Assembly: GCA_002067795.1 (NCBI GenBank)
Contig: MVQI01000024.1
Coordinates: 1-25,156 of the forward strand
DNA: 25,156 nt
Reading direction: 5' to 3'
Source: Methanosaeta sp. PtaB.Bin039
Lineage (GTDB): Archaea > Halobacteriota > Methanosarcinia > Methanotrichales > Methanotrichaceae
The position numbers and the translations under genes are program-made. The stretch's first letter is position 1, and the number at the start of each line of letters is the position of its first letter. Below are positions 16,129 to 24,010 of the stretch, piece after piece. The notes under the pieces are model-generated. The model was not told where the DNA came from. It did not search any database and was given only the letters and a program-made list of their open reading frames with translations.

Positions 16129-16575
16129 TCAACGGCTGATGTTTCCGCCGCTGGCCTGGCCGCCCCTCAGATCTGCAGAGCCGGAGAGCTGTTCTTCAAG
16201 CAGAGTGATCATCCAGTTGTAGGCATCCTTAAGCCCCTGCACGTAGCCGGCCTTATACCCCTCCTGGTATCCCCGCAGATAGTCTTCCTGGACATCGGCA
16301 GATGGAGCGGTCCCTGCGAAGCGGCTCGATTGCGATCCTGCCATCCCGTATCCGGATGTGGCCGCGGTCCCTGTCGAGTGAGCCGAAGCAGACTTCTCTG
16401 AAGAGGAGGTCTTGCTCTGCAGCTCGGATCTCGTTGTCGAGGACCCATTGCCGATCGGATTTTGGCCTTCGGCCTCGTCAGGTCCAAAATCCTCGTCCCA
16501 TGGCTGGGATATGCCTGATGATCCTCCCACCACGGCAGCCCCCAGCACGATCAGAAGTAGCGCCAATCGCATCAT
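16129..16575 (-). CDS. Small secreted or membrane-anchored low-complexity protein, hypothetical
   Basis: The 148-aa ORF has GGAGAGG 7 nt upstream of its ATG. It has an N-terminal hydrophobic segment (MMRLALLLIVLGAAVVGG), a Ser/Thr/Gly-rich middle and a Tyr/Gly-rich C-terminal block (YLRGYQEGYKAGYVQGLKDAY). It ends 56 nt upstream of comD on the same strand. Confidence 0.55.
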   Translation of the reverse strand: MMRLALLLIVLGAAVVGGSSGISQPWDEDFGPDEAEGQNPIGNGSSTTRSELQSKTSSSEKSASAHSTGTAATSGYGMAGSQSSRFAGTAPSADVQEDYLRGYQEGYKAGYVQGLKDAYNWMITLLEEQLSGSADLRGGQASGGNISR

Positions 16576-16937
16576 GATTTATCCTCTCCAGGAAGTGCTG
16601 GCCTCTCCTGCCTGCCAGCATATTGATCCACCGCTATGCCCTCTTTGGGCACCCAGCAGATATAATTTAGCCTGCTCTTCCGCATGGCCTGAAAGCCAGC
16701 TGCCTAAATAGAACATCTCACCCGCGGCTGCACAGCAGCTCTATTTCTTCTCTTCGTCGGCGCGTCTCATCCACTTAAGCAATATCCCGATCAGAGCCTG
16801 CGGTTGATGGACGCTTTACTGTCTGGACGAGGGGGCTATCCATCAGCCGAAAAGCAGGTGCCTGGACGGCATGACGGATGAAATAGCTGCTGGCGGCCCT
16901 CTGCATGGACTCAGCGAAATTGTCCAGCCATAGCAAA

Positions 16938-16945
16938 GATATAAA
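16938..16945 (+). promoter_or_regulatory. Candidate TATA box for the secreted-protein gene
   Basis: GATATAAA lies in the divergent intergenic region. It is only about 10 nt upstream of ATG 16956. A transcript from this box would start downstream of that ATG, which favours the in-frame TTG at 16995, itself preceded by GGTGAGG. Confidence 0.3.
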
Positions 16946-16955
16946 TGGATTTAAC

Positions 16956-17819
16956 ATGACAAATTATATTAGAGATTCGTTTGGGGTGAGGCAATTGAGA
17001 AAGTTCGCTGTAGCTATGCTGGCGTGCCTTATGGTTTTATTACTTGCCACTCAGGCATCGGCCAGCCTGGATCAGTTCGCCGGACGCTGGGTCAACGCGG
17101 ACTCAGCCACAAGGGGAGTAACCACACTGGAGATAACCGTATCGGATAGCGATGCAACCGTCCAGGCCTGGGGCAGCTGCGTGCCGACCGACTGCGACTG
17201 GGGAGCGGTGCAGGCCGTGGCCTACGCGCCGGACGTATCTTCGGATATTGCCAGCACCGCCCTGGCCCTGACAGCTGGGTTTGATCCCGGATTTGCAGAG
17301 ACATTGATGGTAATCAGGCCAGACGGCGATCAGCTGTCGGTTCAGACCTTCACAAGGTTCAAGGACAGCAGCGGCCGCAGCAACTACGCTGCCGAGTACA
17401 GCTTCGTCAAAGAGGCGGGCGTTGTGCCCGAAGGACAGACTCCTGAGGGTGGCCTGCCCCCAGAAGGACAGACGCCTGAAGGCGGGCTGCCTGAGGTTGC
17501 CTTGCCAGCCCCAAGGCTGATCTCGCCGGTCGATGGGGTCGTATTCTACCACTACCCCAGGACAACTACATTGGCCTGGGAGCCGGTGGAGGGAGCCGAT
17601 ATCTATGGAGTTGAGATCGACTGCTTCCACTGCTGCCAGTCAGGCCAGTGGTGCACCGATGTCGGAGACACTTATCGGGTAGTGGACTTGCTGAACACAA
17701 CCAGCTACACCTTCGACTTCGTCGGTGCTCAGCCAGGTCGGTGGAGAGCCTGGGCCATCAGCCCGTCTGGAGAGATCGGTGAGAAATCGGCGTGGTGGGG
17801 ATTCGAGTACACCCAGTGA
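16956..17819 (+). CDS. Secreted hypothetical protein with a tandem-repeat linker and a Cys-rich C-terminal beta-domain
   Basis: The track ORF is 16905..17819. Plausible starts are ATG 16956 or TTG 16995, the latter giving MRKFAVAMLACLMVLLLATQASA, a classical signal peptide with an AxA site. The PEGQTPEGGLP linker occurs twice. The C-terminal domain contains CFHCCQSGQWC. I recognise no family. Confidence 0.65.
   Translation: MTNYIRDSFGVRQLRKFAVAMLACLMVLLLATQASASLDQFAGRWVNADSATRGVTTLEITVSDSDATVQAWGSCVPTDCDWGAVQAVAYAPDVSSDIASTALALTAGFDPGFAETLMVIRPDGDQLSVQTFTRFKDSSGRSNYAAEYSFVKEAGVVPEGQTPEGGLPPEGQTPEGGLPEVALPAPRLISPVDGVVFYHYPRTTTLAWEPVEGADIYGVEIDCFHCCQSGQWCTDVGDTYRVVDLLNTTSYTFDFVGAQPGRWRAWAISPSGEIGEKSAWWGFEYTQ
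17427..17492 (+). repeat. Two tandem 33-nt in-frame repeats encoding PEGQTPEGGLP
   Basis: Unit 1 is 17427..17459 and unit 2 is 17460..17492. The units differ only at third codon positions (ccc/cca, act/acg, gag/gaa, ggt/ggc, ggc/ggg, ccc/cct). Confidence 0.9.
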
Positions 17820-17842
17820 CATAGGCAGAGACTAAGGGCTGC

Positions 17843-17885
17843 TTTTTTTTCCGAAAGAGAATTTGGCCGGAAAATTTTTCCGGCC
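17843..17885. terminator. T8 run plus GGCCGG/CCGGCC hairpin between convergent genes
   Basis: TTTTTTTT at 17843..17850 lies 24 nt after the stop at 17819. The palindrome GGCCGGAAAATTTTTCCGGCC at 17865..17885 presents T-runs on both strands. The convergent gene ends at 17992. Confidence 0.5.
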
Positions 17886-17991
17886 CCATATTTTCCTGTC
17901 GTTTCCCACACAAACCGACTTGGGCGGAGGTGAAGGGCCAATCATCCGGATCGTGCAGGATTGCTTTTCAGATCACGGATTGATTCGGACC

Positions 17992-18651
17992 TTACCAAAC
18001 CTTCAGGTCTATCCCCTCAATCCTCACCATCCGACCCTCGGAGTGCACAACCACTCCGGAATGCACCTTCTGCATCATGCAGTGCTCAGGCAGGAAACGG
18101 ACGGTCTGGCCCACAGACGGGATACTGCCACGGACCACCAGGCCTTCAAATGCTGCCACCATGCAGACGCCAAGGTCGTTGTATTCGGCCTGCTGTCCCA
18201 GCAGGTGCAGCGGGCCTACCATATGAACGGTCAGAATGCCGTGCTCCCATCCAAGCACCCGGGCGAAATGGGTCACCGGACAACCAAGTGGGCGATAGCG
18301 GATAAGGTCGCCTGGGCAAAATGTGAGACTTCGATCGAATGGAAATAGGTCCTCACGACAGGAGGGCTCGCCAGGCAGCGGCCCCAATGAGAAGTCAGCC
18401 AAAAGGCCGTCTATAACTCCCCGAACAGTCTCCTCCGACGCGGCCCTATTGCCGGAGAGGACTTCTCGGATGCCTTCTGCATGTCCTGCAAAGCGCTCCT
18501 GCCCAAGATAGGGACACTGCCCCGTATCGCCGCCACCGCTTGCCAGCAGCTGAGCGAAATTTTGGCAGCTCCTCTGGCCGCACTCTCCGCAGTTGAATCC
18601 GGGAAGCAGCCGCTCCACCTGTTCTGATAGGTTCAAGGCCTTGGTCCTCAC
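17992..18651 (-). CDS. Fe-S cluster domain protein (RnfB/CdhE-N-terminal-type 4Fe-4S motif) with an uncharacterised C-terminal domain
   Basis: The 219-aa ORF has the N-terminal motif C-x2-C-x4-C-x16-C ([31 protein letters not shown]). I do not recognise the C-terminal ~140 aa; it appears beta-rich. The GTG start overlaps the upstream stop in a GTGA. Confidence 0.7.
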   Translation of the reverse strand: MRTKALNLSEQVERLLPGFNCGECGQRSCQNFAQLLASGGGDTGQCPYLGQERFAGHAEGIREVLSGNRAASEETVRGVIDGLLADFSLGPLPGEPSCREDLFPFDRSLTFCPGDLIRYRPLGCPVTHFARVLGWEHGILTVHMVGPLHLLGQQAEYNDLGVCMVAAFEGLVVRGSIPSVGQTVRFLPEHCMMQKVHSGVVVHSEGRMVRIEGIDLKVW

Positions 18652-19346
18652 TCACCGGAGTATTCCATAAATCCGTCCATATGCCTGAGAACACCCCGGT
18701 GATATCGCTTGGAGACTCGCAGCTCGCCGCTGCAAAGAGTGCAGACGGCCAGCGGCGGATTGTGGCGGAGCATCATATTCTCTGCGGCAGGCGGAAGCGC
18801 CCGGATTATCTCTGCCAGATCGCTCCCGCCCTTCCCGGTAAGTCCATTGGCCTCAACTATCCTGCAATGCGGATTGGCCTCGAGCACCCTCTCTCTGAAA
18901 ACCTCGCGCTCGGCCTGCGATACCAGATCGCATTTGGTCGTGACCACCACGTCTGCGGTGGTCAGAAGCGGTCCAACCTTGAGCGGGGTGTTGGGTCCGG
19001 TCGTAACATCGATCACGCAGACGGCCAGGCAGTGGTCGGGATAGGGGGCGCACCTGAGACACAGCCCGGCAGTCTCGTTGAGCAGGACATCTGCATCCTG
19101 CTTCTTTGCCCATTCGAGCATCTCGTCCACGTTATATATGGAGAAGTGATCGGGACACATGTCCCTGGAGAGCGCCACATGTACCGGAATTCCCAGGCGG
19201 CCGATGCGCTTGTCGTCCTCAGTCCACAGGCAGTCCACCTTTACAACTGCTGGCCGGCTGCCGGATCCCTCAAGACACCTGGCCGCATGCATCAGGACCG
19301 ATGTCTTGCCTGATCCGGGGGTGCCAGCTATCACCACAAGCTTCAC
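18648..19346 (-). CDS. G3E-family P-loop GTPase (HypB/UreG/CobW-like), Cys-rich
   Basis: The 232-aa ORF has Walker [10 protein letters not shown], a switch region [12 protein letters not shown] (compare the ExxG-plus-Cys metal sites of HypB and COG0523) and the guanine-specificity motif TKCD. It also has a C-terminal CTLC. The GTG start overlaps the upstream stop in a GTGA. Confidence 0.75.
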   Translation of the reverse strand: MKLVVIAGTPGSGKTSVLMHAARCLEGSGSRPAVVKVDCLWTEDDKRIGRLGIPVHVALSRDMCPDHFSIYNVDEMLEWAKKQDADVLLNETAGLCLRCAPYPDHCLAVCVIDVTTGPNTPLKVGPLLTTADVVVTTKCDLVSQAEREVFRERVLEANPHCRIVEANGLTGKGGSDLAEIIRALPPAAENMMLRHNPPLAVCTLCSGELRVSKRYHRGVLRHMDGFMEYSGE

Positions 19347-20104
19347 AGGGCCGCCTCCGCGGCGCTGACGGTCTCACCCCTGCGAATGGCCTCCCGCAGG
19401 TTGATCAGCCACCGGTCCACACGGCTCAAGCTGTTACAGACCTTTTGCTCCTCCTCGCTTGTCTGGATTACCCGGACCATATTTCCCTTCTTCATGACCA
19501 CACGCCGAGAGGTCATAAGGGCCAGGACCGGATCATGGGTGACCACCACCACGATCTTGCCCTCGCCTGCCAGGAGCTTGAGAGCCTCTTGCTTCTTGAT
19601 CCCGGCATTTTCTATCTCGTCGATGAGGACAATTGGAGAGTCGCTGATAACCGCTATATCGGCTGTCATCAGGGCCCGCGACTGGCCTCCGCTCAGAGCG
19701 GTCAGGTGGTGCTCCGGGTGTATGGGCTCGCCGGTCAGGGTGTTGGCGAGATCTATCACCTTTGCGATCAGGTTCTCCTCCCTACCACGGCTCTTTGCAT
19801 GCATTGCCAGGAAGTCCGAGACCGTCATATCTGCCAGGAAATGCATATTCTGGGAGAGCTGAGCCACAGGCTTTCTGCGCGGATCTGCCCTGACCTCTGC
19901 ATCTGGAGGCTGGCCATCGATGAGCACCTGGCGGCGGGATTCCGTATCTCTTTGGGCAAACTGCTCCAGGTCGGATATCAGCGTGCTCTTCCCTGACCCG
20001 GTTGGCCCAACGATTCCGACGATCTCGCCGCTATCGATATGTAGTGTCTCTATGTGATCCGCACATCCATCTTTGTCCACGCCACCCAGAATTGTAAGCC
20101 TCAA
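19343..20104 (-). CDS. Atypical soluble ABC-type ATPase with no adjacent permease
   Basis: The 253-aa ORF has Walker [10 protein letters not shown], the signature LSGGQSRAL, Walker B and D-loop [12 protein letters not shown] (not the transporter-type DEPTxxLD) and an H-loop VTHD. It has a ~40-aa C-terminal extension. The TTG start lies 6 nt after the cysteate synthase stop, with an AGGAG inside that gene's 3' end. Confidence 0.8.
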   Translation of the reverse strand: MRLTILGGVDKDGCADHIETLHIDSGEIVGIVGPTGSGKSTLISDLEQFAQRDTESRRQVLIDGQPPDAEVRADPRRKPVAQLSQNMHFLADMTVSDFLAMHAKSRGREENLIAKVIDLANTLTGEPIHPEHHLTALSGGQSRALMTADIAVISDSPIVLIDEIENAGIKKQEALKLLAGEGKIVVVVTHDPVLALMTSRRVVMKKGNMVRVIQTSEEEQKVCNSLSRVDRWLINLREAIRRGETVSAAEAAL

Positions 20105-20110
20105 TTTTCG

Positions 20111-21409
20111 TCAACTCCTGATGAACTCCAGTACCTGCTTCTCCAGGTCGTCGGCCGGATGCCCCGGCCTGACCTTCATCTGGCAGGGAAGGATCGACGG
20201 CCCTAGTTCTTCCCAGGACCGCTTGACACCGCCTCCTGTGATGTTTAGGAGGACCATCTCTTCCTTTCTTACCGCCCCATCCTCCATTGCTTTCAGAAGC
20301 GCTGCAACTGCCACTGCTGGCGCCGGGAGGATGTCTATGCCTTCGCTGGACTCAAACAGCTGCCTGGCAGCTTCAGCCTCATCGTTGGCGACCCCCAAAA
20401 CAGCTCCGCTCGTCTCACGCAGGGCCTGCTCAACCCCCCCAGGAATGGCGTAGGGTGGATTTCTGTTGAACAGGACATCGTCATACATCTCATCCGGGCA
20501 GCCAAGCCCTTTCCATATCTCCGATAATCCTGACGGGGACTCGCCGCCAGGACCCGTCCATAGCCTATGAATAGGCGCACATGGCAGGTTTTGGGCCAGA
20601 TGCAGCCTGGGGATATTTGATCCGAAGCGGCCGTCTCCCGCCAGCCGCAATGCCGCCTCCCACGCAGCGATACCGCCGGTGCCGCTGCCCACTGCCTGGA
20701 AGTAATGATCTGGGATCACACCTGCGGTTGCGGCTGCCTCCAGCATCACTGTGCCCATCCCGTCACGCCGGGCGATGTTCCTGGCGCCGCCTTCCGGAAG
20801 GAATCCGGGGCGGCTGGCCAGACGGTCGGCCGCCTGTATGGCGTCAAGATAGTCGCCTTCTACTCCTGCCAGGCAGATCCGCCCGGGCTCCACCGTGGTC
20901 CACAGCCTGTGCAGAGAGGACGTCGGTACAAAAAGGACAACGGGTCGACCGGTCAGCGAGGCGGTCTGGGCGAAGGCCCTGGCTGTATTTCCTGCCGATG
21001 CCACAACCAGTACAGGGGCATTGTGCCCTCCCGGCACTCCGGCGACGGGCCTGGCAGTCTCGGATAGGCGCTGCATCGTGGGAGCTGCTTCCAGCTCCTT
21101 GAAGCTGCCGGTGACCATCGATGCTCCCATCTCTGGCCAAAAACCGGAGAAGCTTATAAAGAGCCTCTGAAGGCCTATCTCCCTGGCCAGTCCCTGGCTC
21201 TGATAGCACACCGATCCGGCGCCAGTTCGCATATCAGGGCTCTTTACCGGAAGCCAGGCAAGATGACGCCATACACCCGGCAGGTCCGCTATCTCCAGCC
21301 GCTTCTGGGAATAGACCGCACGCGGCAGCCCAGGATCCAGCCGACAGCTAGTGGCCAGATCATGGAGGACGGAGCCGCAGCCCTGGCAGCATACCTTGTA
21401 ATCTCCCAT
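20111..21409 (-). CDS. Threonine-synthase-family PLP enzyme; called as cysteate synthase from context
   Basis: The 432-aa ORF has an N-terminal Cys pair (VCCQGCG), the PLP-lysine motif TGSFKE and the ASAGNTARAF block typical of the ThrC fold type II family. GAGAGGT lies 9 nt upstream of the ATG. Linkage to comD, comE and a ComF-type gene matches the cysteate route of CoM synthesis in Methanosarcinales. By eye, sequence alone cannot separate cysteate synthase from ThrC. Confidence 0.75.
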   Translation of the reverse strand: MGDYKVCCQGCGSVLHDLATSCRLDPGLPRAVYSQKRLEIADLPGVWRHLAWLPVKSPDMRTGAGSVCYQSQGLAREIGLQRLFISFSGFWPEMGASMVTGSFKELEAAPTMQRLSETARPVAGVPGGHNAPVLVVASAGNTARAFAQTASLTGRPVVLFVPTSSLHRLWTTVEPGRICLAGVEGDYLDAIQAADRLASRPGFLPEGGARNIARRDGMGTVMLEAAATAGVIPDHYFQAVGSGTGGIAAWEAALRLAGDGRFGSNIPRLHLAQNLPCAPIHRLWTGPGGESPSGLSEIWKGLGCPDEMYDDVLFNRNPPYAIPGGVEQALRETSGAVLGVANDEAEAARQLFESSEGIDILPAPAVAVAALLKAMEDGAVRKEEMVLLNITGGGVKRSWEELGPSILPCQMKVRPGHPADDLEKQVLEFIRS

Positions 21410-21450
21410 GATACACAGACCTCTCTCGCGGGGGCATATAATGTTTTCTG

Positions 21451-21458
21451 TTTATATC
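21451..21458 (-). promoter_or_regulatory. Candidate TATA box for the cysteate synthase operon
   Basis: The minus strand reads CGATATAAA within the AT-rich divergent region 21410..21669. The predicted transcription start leaves a ~20-nt leader that contains the GAGAGGT Shine-Dalgarno site. A second TATA-like ATTATATG at 21435..21442 is an alternative. Confidence 0.3.
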
Positions 21459-21641
21459 GATTTTTTATCCTTATTGGGAATATTGACAAATATAAGTTTC
21501 CTTTAATGGATACATTCCGGCCGAAAACATGCCAATTGGACCCGGCGGCAGGGGATGGATGAGTGCCCTTCAGAGCAGTAGCAGCATGCTGGAATGGCCC
21601 TTCTAATTCCCGCGGTTATCAGCATTGGATTCCAAAAGTAC

Positions 21642-21655
21642 AAATATCATAAAAT
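21642..21655 (+). promoter_or_regulatory. Candidate TATA box for the XRE regulator (leaderless start)
   Basis: AAATATCATAAAAT is centred about 20-25 nt upstream of ATG 21670. There is no Shine-Dalgarno-like sequence between them. Confidence 0.3.
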
Positions 21656-21669
21656 CGTAACCCAATAGT

Positions 21670-22188
21670 ATGCCACATACCGACCGGGTGATGAGAGCGG
21701 CCTTCCAGTCAGACGAGGCTTTGCGGGAGGCCATGAAGGCCGTCCTCGGCGAACTGGGCATGAGCGCGCGGGAGTTCTCCAAGCATTCTGGAATACCCCA
21801 GAGCACACTTTACAAGATCTTATCAGGCCATCGGGAGCCGAACATAACCACGCTTCGCCAGATCGTCCGAACAATCAGGCAGCTCGAGGGATCTGACGCC
21901 AAGTTCATAGCCATCATAGCTGCGAGGCCGGTTCTGGACAAGATCGAGGAGAAGAAGATGCGCATCGGCGACCGGATGATGACACTCCGAGAGTACTCGG
22001 CAACCAACATCGAGGAGGCCATTATCGCTGCAGTGCGAGCCGAGGCCGACGGAGCCGCAGCCCTGGTCTGTGCCCCAATCGTCAGCCCAACCGTAGAGAA
22101 GCTGCTATCCATCCCGGTAGCAACAATAATTCCCAGGGAGAGCGTCCTTCGGGCCATCGAGGTGGCTGCGAGAAAGGCGGAGGAATGA
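21670..22188 (+). CDS. XRE/Cro-type helix-turn-helix transcriptional regulator with an uncharacterised C-terminal domain
   Basis: The 172-aa ORF has the HTH segment LGMSAREFSKHSGIPQSTLYKILSGHREPNITTLRQIV. I could not assign the C-terminal ~90 aa (FIAIIAARPVLD..., ALVCAPIVSPTVEKLL). It is transcribed divergently from the cysteate synthase operon. Confidence 0.75.
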   Translation: MPHTDRVMRAAFQSDEALREAMKAVLGELGMSAREFSKHSGIPQSTLYKILSGHREPNITTLRQIVRTIRQLEGSDAKFIAIIAARPVLDKIEEKKMRIGDRMMTLREYSATNIEEAIIAAVRAEADGAAALVCAPIVSPTVEKLLSIPVATIIPRESVLRAIEVAARKAEE

Positions 22189-22281
22189 TGGGCAGCCCAA
22201 GCGACAGCAGTCGGCAAAGATCCATCAAGGACATTAATCATCTCCGTGGCCGCACTTCGAAAGGCTTTTATCGGCACCCGC

Positions 22282-22710
22282 ATGAGAATTAGGCCCATGA
22301 GAAAAATGGCCGGCCTGACGATTTCATCGGGTTTCCTCATGGTATGCCTGACGCTGATCTCGATTGCCGCGCCCTATATCCCAAACCACGATGCACCAGA
22401 CGATCGCTTCCAGAGCGTGAGCGGCAGCTTCGCCAGGCAGTGGCTTTTGGACAACATGGAGAGAAAGCCGGCCACGATCTCCATGCTCTTCAACCAGACC
22501 GCCCAGAACAACTCCAGCCGAGAGGGCGACCTCAAGATGGACCTGTGGAGCTGGGGAAATATCCCCAAAGGAAAGATCCTGCAGGACGGAAAGCTGTTGA
22601 ATGCCAAGAACGCCACATATCGGATCAACAGCTCTGAGTGGCTAGGAGGCATCTGGGATTACCCGCAAAACGCAGATAAGAACACTTGGCGTCCATCTTT
22701 GCAGGGGTAG
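22282..22710 (+). CDS. Hypothetical membrane-anchored protein
   Basis: The track ORF is 22246..22710 with a GTG start. ATGs at 22282, 22297 and 22306 precede a single TM segment (GLTISSGFLMVCLTLISIAAPYI). Third-codon positions are G/C-rich, as in neighbouring real genes. I recognise no family. Confidence 0.5.
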   Translation: MRIRPMRKMAGLTISSGFLMVCLTLISIAAPYIPNHDAPDDRFQSVSGSFARQWLLDNMERKPATISMLFNQTAQNNSSREGDLKMDLWSWGNIPKGKILQDGKLLNAKNATYRINSSEWLGGIWDYPQNADKNTWRPSLQG

Positions 22711-23001
22711 TCATGGTCAGTAATCGAGGTCCGACCTCTCCTGTGCCGTTTGAATATCCAGCCCGGGGTCTGCATATTCTCGTTTCGGCCCTGCACGCGG
22801 CAGCGGACGGCAGAGCGGCCAGAACTATCGCCACCGACCTTGACGGTGCCTTGTCCCTGTATCCATGATGCTTGCATCACATTTGCCAGCTGAAAGAGGA
22901 TGAAAGGTCGATTGGATTTGGCGGTCTTCCATCTATCATCGATTTGCAGATCACTCCAGTCCAGCCAATAGGCGATCTTCAATTTCCAGGAATAGGATAT
23001 C

Positions 23002-23310
23002 ATGTCCATCAATCAGTGGGATGTAGTTGGCGCAGCAGCCGGGATGCTGACGATGTTCGGCTTTTTCCCGCAGATCCTCAAGATGTACAAGACCAAATCG
23101 GTGGCAGATGTGAGCATCACAATGATGGTCCAGTACAGCCTGGGAATCTTCCTGTGGCTCCTTTACGGCCTCTCTCTTGCAAATCCCATCCTCATCATAT
23201 CAAACGGGGTCTCTCTCTTCAGCTTTATTGTGGGAATCGCCCTCTACCTCAGGTACAGGAGAGTCAATTCAGACCAAGGCCGGCCTGGGAAGCGGGCTGT
23301 CCGCGTCTAA
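23002..23310 (+). CDS. SemiSWEET / PQ-loop (MtN3-like) three-helix membrane protein
   Basis: The 102-aa ORF has three hydrophobic helices and the PQ motif in helix 1 (FGFFPQILKMYKTKSVADVS). Confidence 0.75.
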   Translation: MSINQWDVVGAAAGMLTMFGFFPQILKMYKTKSVADVSITMMVQYSLGIFLWLLYGLSLANPILIISNGVSLFSFIVGIALYLRYRRVNSDQGRPGKRAVRV

Positions 23311-23505
23311 TTGCGGCAGGGGGGCAGGAGATAATGCCGATTTGCTGGCGACAGCTAAAGCTTCTTTTTTGCTTCTTTGCGGCAACTTTTCCGAAAAAAG
23401 CCTCGAGGGCTGCCGTGAATGCAGGACTTTTTAGATATCGTCGCTCGGCCAAGTGCCCGAGCCCTTCTGGAGAAAGATATTCAAGTCTTCAAGGCCAATA
23501 ATTAA

Positions 23506-24006
23506 ATGATGACGGGATCGGCTCAGCCTGGAGCAGACATCGAGGAGGTAGCCAAACAGATATTGCAGAGGCTAGAAGGGCTGTTATCCGCCCTTGATGA
23601 GGCTGCAAAGGCGAACTTAGCCCAAGGGCAATTCACGCTTGAAGGAAGAACTGTTGAGATCCGCCGGTCGGAATCCCTGGATGCGTCTGTGGCCTGCTTT
23701 TGGAAGGCCGAGGATTGCCTGGATCTGATGGAGGAGGTGGCCCAGTGCCTGGGATTCGGACTTGAAGCGATGGATGACTTCAGGATCAAGCTGCCTGAGG
23801 TGGAGTTCGAGCCTGATCTGGTGACGGGTTCCTTTGAGTCCTGGCGCGGCATCTCGGTCAAGCGCTGCAATCCGGTGGAGGAGCTGCTCTCGATCCTGGG
23901 CAAGAAGATGAGCCGCAGAGGAATAGAGCTGGGATGCCTGGACATATCCGGCGAGACCTACCTCGTCTTCTCTGTTCCGCGGTATCGGCGGCAAAGAGGG
24001 CCATGA
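23506..24006 (+). CDS. Hypothetical acidic cytoplasmic protein
   Basis: The 166-aa ORF has coding-like codon usage and ends 4 nt before the next gene's start. I recognise no motif. Confidence 0.5.
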   Translation: MMTGSAQPGADIEEVAKQILQRLEGLLSALDEAAKANLAQGQFTLEGRTVEIRRSESLDASVACFWKAEDCLDLMEEVAQCLGFGLEAMDDFRIKLPEVEFEPDLVTGSFESWRGISVKRCNPVEELLSILGKKMSRRGIELGCLDISGETYLVFSVPRYRRQRGP

Positions 24007-24010
24007 ATAC

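Noticed and set aside
18681-19996. Plus-strand ORFs 18681..19313 (210 aa), 19106..19996 (296 aa) and 19386..19862 (158 aa)
   Set aside because: They are antisense shadows of the G3E GTPase and ABC ATPase genes, whose Walker and signature motifs fix the true frame.
20581-21209. ORFs 20581..21102 (+), 20705..21067 (+), 20844..21209 (-) and 20895..21170 (+)
   Set aside because: They overlap the ThrC-family gene out of frame or in antisense. Their translations are Arg/Pro/Gly-rich.
21810-22340. 176-aa minus-strand ORF
   Set aside because: It is antisense to the HTH regulator, which has a clear helix-turn-helix segment and a promoter-like upstream region.
22659-23012. 117-aa minus-strand ORF in the gap between the hypothetical membrane protein and the SemiSWEET gene
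   Set aside because: Its N-terminal half (SYSWKLKIAYWLDWSDLQIDDRWK...) looks vaguely protein-like. However, its start would overlap the SemiSWEET start codon region, its 3' end overlaps the 22282..22710 gene by ~50 nt, its C-terminal half is Arg/Gly-rich, and I see no ribosome-binding site. I leave it uncalled; it would need expression or homology evidence.
22872-23501. 209-aa plus-strand ORF
   Set aside because: It overlaps the SemiSWEET gene out of frame. The SemiSWEET frame has the PQ motif and three clean helices, whereas this ORF is Pro/Arg/Gln-rich.
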